In this document: piece after piece, positions 59,244 through 64,000 of the stretch
Numbering within the stretch: position 1 is the stretch's first letter
How the letters are laid out: each line of letters opens with the position of its first letter
Source: Clostridiaceae bacterium
Lineage (GTDB): Bacteria > Bacillota > Clostridia > Saccharofermentanales > DTU023
Direction of reading: 5' to 3'
NCBI GenBank assembly: GCA_012521015.1
Contig: JAAYNE010000036.1
Coordinates: forward strand, 4,247-68,246
Length of the DNA stretch: 64,000 bases
Made by a program: the position numbers and the translations under genes
The notes under the pieces: model-generated
Databases searched by the model: none
What the model saw: only the letters and a program-made list of their open reading frames with translations
What the model was told of the DNA's origin: nothing

Positions 59244-60731
59244 TCAGATTTGAATGATAAAATCTGCTAAAGAATTGATCAAATCTTGGCGATGAGTGGC
59301 AAGTAGAATTGTTCTGTTGCCTTTTTCTTTGTCAAGCAGCTTTAAACATAGTTTTTCTGATTCATAATCCATTTCACGAAATACTTCATCAAGAATTATG
59401 ATGTTGGAGTTTACAGCTAAAGCACGAATTAGAGAGGATTTTTGTTTCATGCCTCCGGAAAAAGTATGAATTTTTTTGGAGAGGGGTAAATCTAACTCCA
59501 TTATAATTGGTTCCCAATAGTTGAGTAACATTTTGGCTTCAGAACTGTTTTTAGTATAACCGGATGCTAACAAAAGGTTTTCTGAGAGAGTTAAATTTTC
59601 TAATAATCTTATATCTTGGAAAGCATAAGAAAAAACTGGGTTTAAACTAAAATCAATTGTACCGGAATCTTGTTGTTCAAGACCGGTTAAAATCCGGAAA
59701 AATGTTGTTTTACCTTGTCCGGATGGTCCGATGATTGCTGTAGATAAACCTTTTGGGATTTCACAATTTAAATTGTTTAATACTAATTGTTGTTTATAAG
59801 ATTTGTTAAGATTTTTAATTGATACGGTATTGGGGATGTTCTTTTGTTGTTCATCTTTAACTTTGGGGAAATGACGACTTTGCGATTGTTGTTGCTCATT
59901 TTCAATTTTTGAAAAACAATTGTCCTGTAAATGTTGTTTTGCATCTTCAACTAACGGTAATAGATTTTTATTATTAAAAAAGCGAATTATTGTTTTGACT
60001 AGATAATTCATTAACAGTGAAAGAATGAGAATAACGGTTAAGTGTGCCAGAACTTGTGAACTTTCAAGTCGAATTTTTGCATTATATAAGTTAGTGCCGA
60101 TTCGCGAAAATGGTTGTGCCATAATTTCACCCGTGATCCCTGCTTTCCAGGCTAACCCTGAAGTATAATCAAGTGAAGGTAAAGTTTCTTTGATAAGTGC
60201 CGGTAAGTAAATTGTGCGATAAGTATGGCGTTTTTTAAAACGGAAAACAAAAGCCATTTCTAAGAGGTTTGTTGCGGCTCCGCTCAGACCGGATTTTGTT
60301 GAATAGTAAATTGGTGGAATTATTGCTATTAAGATTAGGGCAAAGGGCAAAACAGAGGTTTTTATCCAAATCATCAAAATGATTGTTATAGCTGCCAAAG
60401 GCGAACTTTTCAATATATAAATAACCGGGTTGATGAATGTCTCAGACCAATTCATGAAAAACGCCAAATGTCCCAGCAAGATACCAAGGATCAAACCAAT
60501 GAAAAAACCGCCGACAATCGAGATTAAAGAGCTGATAATGCCTAACCGAAAAGATTTTTCAAAGATCAATTTACCGAGGGCTTGCAGCACTGTCAGCGGA
60601 TGGGGCAAGAGAATTTGATTATTTACCACTAAAGATAAAAATTGCCATAAGAACAAGAAAAAAATAACCCCGATCAAGATCGAAAATTTTCCGGTTTGCT
60701 TTACTACAGGTTTGTATTGAGGTTGTTTCAT
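59244..60731 (-). CDS. Fused ABC importer permease + ATPase (NitT/TauT-type)
   Basis: The N-terminal ~270 aa are a polytopic permease. The C-terminal NBD has Walker A GPSGQGKTT, signature FSGGMKQK and Walker B IIILDE. Confidence 0.82.
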   Translation of the reverse strand: MKQPQYKPVVKQTGKFSILIGVIFFLFLWQFLSLVVNNQILLPHPLTVLQALGKLIFEKSFRLGIISSLISIVGGFFIGLILGILLGHLAFFMNWSETFINPVIYILKSSPLAAITIILMIWIKTSVLPFALILIAIIPPIYYSTKSGLSGAATNLLEMAFVFRFKKRHTYRTIYLPALIKETLPSLDYTSGLAWKAGITGEIMAQPFSRIGTNLYNAKIRLESSQVLAHLTVILILSLLMNYLVKTIIRFFNNKNLLPLVEDAKQHLQDNCFSKIENEQQQSQSRHFPKVKDEQQKNIPNTVSIKNLNKSYKQQLVLNNLNCEIPKGLSTAIIGPSGQGKTTFFRILTGLEQQDSGTIDFSLNPVFSYAFQDIRLLENLTLSENLLLASGYTKNSSEAKMLLNYWEPIIMELDLPLSKKIHTFSGGMKQKSSLIRALAVNSNIIILDEVFREMDYESEKLCLKLLDKEKGNRTILLATHRQDLINSLADFIIQI

Positions 60732-60917
60732 AGTGTTAATTTCTCATATAAATATATCTAAACTAAATATCGTATCGCTTCGATATTAGTTTAAATAGTG
60801 CTGATATTTTTGTTGCTTATTTGCATTATTTGAATTATCAATATACACCTTAATTAAGGGTGCATAATCTAAATGAAATGCCGCTAATCCGATGACAATG
60901 TATCATCAAATTACATC

Positions 60918-62006
60918 TTAATTATTCTTATAATAAAAGTCATCTGCCGGCAATTTCTCACCGATTAATTCAGGATTATTAGTTGCCAGAATTTCTAAAT
61001 ATGGTGCTAAGGTATCCTGTAATTCTTGATCTGTAATTAGCGAAATTCCGATATTAGAGATGGCTTTTTCAGCAATTGCTGCACCGATAATTCCTTGTTC
61101 TTCAATAATTTTGGCAGCTTCAGTCGGATTCTGATTTACCCATTCAGCAGATGATTTATAATCTTCTAAGAACTTATCAAACCAGAGGGAGTTTTGTTCA
61201 ACGAATTCTTTGCGGATAACTAAAACGCCGGTTACTATTTTTGAGTTTTCACCGAAATATTCTTGCCAAAGTTGTTCGAGATCAAGTTGAGTTTTGATTT
61301 GTGAGTTTTTCATTGTTACCGAACTGAGAAAAGGTTCTTGCAATAAAGCTATAGCACCTTCTTCTGCTTGTAGTTTAGCGGCTACTTCAGTTGCTTCCGG
61401 CAAGTAGTTAATTGTTATGTTTGTACCAATATTCAGACCGGCTTTTGCCAGAAGATTATTCAAAATAACTTCCGGTGTAGAACCTTTACCGGTTGCATAA
61501 ACGGATTTACCCTCAAGATCATTAAGGGAATTGAGTTCAACATTATTTGTTGCAAAATGTAAAACGTTCAGCACATTAATTGCGGCAACCTGAATTTTTC
61601 CTTCACTTTTGTTATAAACTGTTGCGGCAAGGTTTGCCGGTATGCAAGCAAGATCAATTTCACCTTTGATTAATCCGGTGGCAACTTGATCCGGCATTGT
61701 CAAAATTTCATAGCTGAGATTTTGATTAATACTTTCTGTTATCTTTTCAGACGTGTATTGAGCAAGTCCTATTGCTGTGGGACCCTTCATCGCAACCAAA
61801 GTAGCTGATTCAGCAAGAGCAGGAACTTCAGTATCTTTTTTAACAGATTTGCTTGAATCGGTAGTTTCTTTTAGTTCCACAGATTCATTTGATCTGGTAG
61901 AATCTTTTAGTTCACTTGATTCAGCCGATTGATTTGCAGTTCGGCAAGCTACAAGATTGATAGTAAGAAAGGTTGTAAGAATGATTATTATAATTTTATA
62001 TTTCAT
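60918..62006 (-). CDS. ABC transporter substrate-binding lipoprotein (NMT1/THI5-like, NitT/TauT family)
   Basis: I prefer the ATG at 62006 (GAGG 5 nt upstream). Lipobox is NLVAC. The periplasmic-binding-protein-like body lies adjacent to the permease/ATPase gene. Confidence 0.75.
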   Translation of the reverse strand: MKYKIIIIILTTFLTINLVACRTANQSAESSELKDSTRSNESVELKETTDSSKSVKKDTEVPALAESATLVAMKGPTAIGLAQYTSEKITESINQNLSYEILTMPDQVATGLIKGEIDLACIPANLAATVYNKSEGKIQVAAINVLNVLHFATNNVELNSLNDLEGKSVYATGKGSTPEVILNNLLAKAGLNIGTNITINYLPEATEVAAKLQAEEGAIALLQEPFLSSVTMKNSQIKTQLDLEQLWQEYFGENSKIVTGVLVIRKEFVEQNSLWFDKFLEDYKSSAEWVNQNPTEAAKIIEEQGIIGAAIAEKAISNIGISLITDQELQDTLAPYLEILATNNPELIGEKLPADDFYYKNN

Positions 62007-62248
62007 AATGACCTCACGATTCACGCATCTGAAATTAGCTTCAGATAGGTTGAGAACAAGTGTATTTTTATTATAATACTATTTGCTGAATGAGAGAGTG
62101 ATCTGAATCACGTTTAACAATATTATTTCGAATTCATGGAGTCGATAACGATTATCGCAACAAATTTCCGTTTTGTTAATTATCGATTAAACTCCTAACA
62201 ATCGTTTAAACATTTTGTTTATAGAAATTAGAAAATAATAAAAACAAA

Positions 62249-63151
62249 TTAATCTTTGTAGTTCTTTGGTAAATAAACTTCAATATGCTGTTTTAATATT
62301 TCGACCTTGACAGGCAGAATCGGACCTTTTTCACCATCCAAGTCGACGCAAGTTTCTTGTTGATCAAGTGAAGTTATTGAAATATTGGAAGCTATAAAAT
62401 GCTCAACTTTTTCACTTTCTTCTATTTTGCCGGACAGAGCACTGGAGAAAGTTACGAGTCGGGTTGTGAAACGACGATCTTTCAGAATGAATACATTTGC
62501 TTTGCCATTAGATAGACTTTGGTTTTTTTTAGTAAAAACTAAATTTCCCAGCTTGTTTGTAATACTTATCACAAGATGATCAACTTTTCCTCGATAACTA
62601 CCACTATCAGTTTGAATGTCTAGTTCATATTCTTCACTGGAGGCTAGATTCTCCATTGAATTTTTTAAATATGCCAACAAACCAAACCATTTTTTCTCTT
62701 TACTGGTTACTTCATGCATAGCATCGGGAACTGGGCCGATACTGGCAAATAGATTAAATGCTCTGTCATTACAAATGCCGATATCAATTAGTTTTGTCCT
62801 ATTAAACTCAAAAGACTTAATTGCCCTTGACCTGATTCTGGGAATCCTAAGAACTTTAGCCAGAAGATTACCTGTCCCACTTGGAATAATCGTAACTTTC
62901 GGACGATAGAGTTGTTCTGAAATCCCGTGAAAAATTTCATTAATGGTACCATCTCCGCCAACAGAACAAATAGCTTCATATTTTTCTTGAGCTGCTTGTT
63001 TGGCAAAAAGCTCTGCATCACCTGATTTTTCAGTGACTTTAACATTTACAGCCGTAAAATATTTTTCTAAGTGGCTAACTAATTGATTTTTAATCATATT
63101 GGCACTTTCATTTCCTGCTTTAGGATTAATGATGACCATTATATTTTTCAT
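62249..63151 (-). CDS. Diacylglycerol/lipid kinase family protein (YegS/DagK-like)
   Basis: Motifs seen: VIINPKAGN, GGDGTINE, IIPSGTGN. Confidence 0.85.
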   Translation of the reverse strand: MKNIMVIINPKAGNESANMIKNQLVSHLEKYFTAVNVKVTEKSGDAELFAKQAAQEKYEAICSVGGDGTINEIFHGISEQLYRPKVTIIPSGTGNLLAKVLRIPRIRSRAIKSFEFNRTKLIDIGICNDRAFNLFASIGPVPDAMHEVTSKEKKWFGLLAYLKNSMENLASSEEYELDIQTDSGSYRGKVDHLVISITNKLGNLVFTKKNQSLSNGKANVFILKDRRFTTRLVTFSSALSGKIEESEKVEHFIASNISITSLDQQETCVDLDGEKGPILPVKVEILKQHIEVYLPKNYKD

Positions 63152-63464
63152 TTCTAACCTTCTTTATAATAAACTCTCGTTCTGTTAAGTTAGAAAATAA
63201 AAAGAGATCTGAAAAAGCCTCTTTTTTCATCTATACTTAGTGGTATCTCAAATTATACCATGCTGATGTATGGTTTGTATTTAGCTCAAAAAGCTTCTCT
63301 ATTATTTCTGCTTTCCAATAATATATTGCAGAATCGTAGAAGCTTCTTATTTTATTTTATATTACAATTTGCCTCTTGGAAAGATGCCAAACATGTTCGA
63401 TATATAGTAAAATCAGAATGCAGAAAAAAAGATAAGAGCATTTTAGGAAACTAAGGGGAAGGAC

Positions 63465-63557
63465 CTGAAGAAAGCGTTAAATATAATATTAGTTTTGACC
63501 ATGCTTGTACTGATGTTTTCTTTAAGCTCTTGTTCATCCAAAAAAAGATTTAGATGA
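63465..63557 (+). pseudogene. Possible lipoprotein gene remnant (signal peptide + lipobox, then in-frame stop)
   Basis: AAGGGGAAGGA is followed by CTG AAG AAA..., encoding LKKALNIILVLTMLVLMFSLSSCSSKKRFR, then TGA (63555-63557). The same frame stays open for about 45 more codons to 63699. No canonical start codon is present. Confidence 0.25.
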
Positions 63558-63869
63558 ACTTTAGTTCAAAAATCTGATACCGATCAAGATCTAGACGGCA
63601 CCGGAATTTCTCAAGATGGAAAATCTTTAATAAGAAAGACAGCAGAGTCAAGCAGAATCGTCAATGAAACTGGATCCGTAAGTTTAAGGTAGTAATAGAT
63701 ATTGTTAATGTCAGGACAAATTTGTTATTATGTATAAGGTTTTTAGAAAAATTATATCTAAAAAAATTTAAGAACAAAATAGATGGTGTTCTAAATAAAT
63801 CATTTATTTTTAAATGCAATTTTGAAATGAATAATTTATCTAGGGCATCTAAAAATCTCGGAGGTTAAA

Positions 63870-64000
63870 ATGGGAAGATTAGATGGAAAAGTTGCAATCG
63901 TCACAGGCTCGACTTCAGGTATGGGCAGAGATACAGCATATGTTTTTGCTGAAGAGGGTGCAAAAGTTGTAGTAGTCGGCAGACGTGAAAATCGAGCCAA
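63870..64000 (+). CDS. Short-chain dehydrogenase/reductase (3'-partial, runs off window)
   Basis: GGAGG lies upstream. The N-terminus [19 protein letters not shown] carries the TGxxxGxG cofactor motif. Confidence 0.85.
   Translation, partial: MGRLDGKVAIVTGSTSGMGRDTAYVFAEEGAKVVVVGRRENRA

Noticed and set aside
62025-62248. TPP or another riboswitch upstream of the NMT1/THI5-like binding-protein gene
   Set aside because: I found no CUGAGA / ACCUGAUCUGGAUAAUGCCAGCG-like thi-box strings on the minus strand. Only a small hairpin (ATCTGAA-GCTAA-TTTCAGAT) is present.
63260-63454. 64-aa plus-strand ORF upstream of the lipoprotein remnant
   Set aside because: It has no RBS and lies in the promoter region of the divergent lipid-kinase gene. 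No motif is recognisable.
63555-63557. TGA read-through or alternative genetic code (TGA = Trp/Gly) to explain the in-frame stop
   Set aside because: All long genes in the window are intact under the standard bacterial code. TGA is used as a genuine stop, for example by the GT2 gene at 9354-9356. Recoding is therefore unlikely.

Overview
64-kb chromosomal segment that looks like a low-GC Gram-positive (Bacillota-type) genome. Signs are AGGAGG-type ribosome-binding sites, a Thr T-box leader before thrS, lipobox lipoproteins and a CotH gene. I can support about 48 protein-coding genes, one tRNA-Arg(ACG), one T-box leader, and several promoters, operators and intrinsic terminators. Most genes are housekeeping or metabolic: thrS, murE-like ligase, sbcCD, yebC, GTP-PEPCK, malic enzyme, putP, arginase, NADH oxidase, PTS IIA, two M20 amidohydrolases, ABC transporters, and an ArsR-controlled heavy-metal P-type ATPase. 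I saw no transposase, integrase, phage genes, CRISPR-cas or recognisable defence genes. Five things deserve follow-up. (1) The left 12.8 kb holds a c-di-GMP module. Two tandem sensor GGDEF*-EAL phosphodiesterase genes precede a tightly coupled operon: a degenerate-GGDEF(RxxD)+receiver protein, a membrane HEAT-repeat protein, a GT2 polysaccharide synthase and a 1038-aa glycoside-hydrolase-like protein. The operon also carries an orphan 26-codon gene fragment and an A5-tract frameshift at the start of the last gene. (2) A family of 91-92-bp tandem repeats is built around a conserved long imperfect palindrome. It occurs at three intergenic loci (about 2.7, 2.8 and 6 copies) and is not CRISPR. (3) A CotH / DUF4956 / VTC-domain cluster sits next to a lipoprotein with an acidic D/T/Y-rich repeat tail. 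(4) One protein fuses an HPr-kinase-like P-loop to an Asp23 domain. (5) There are smaller regulatory and pseudogene oddities. All family assignments come from motif recognition by eye; no database search or computation was run.
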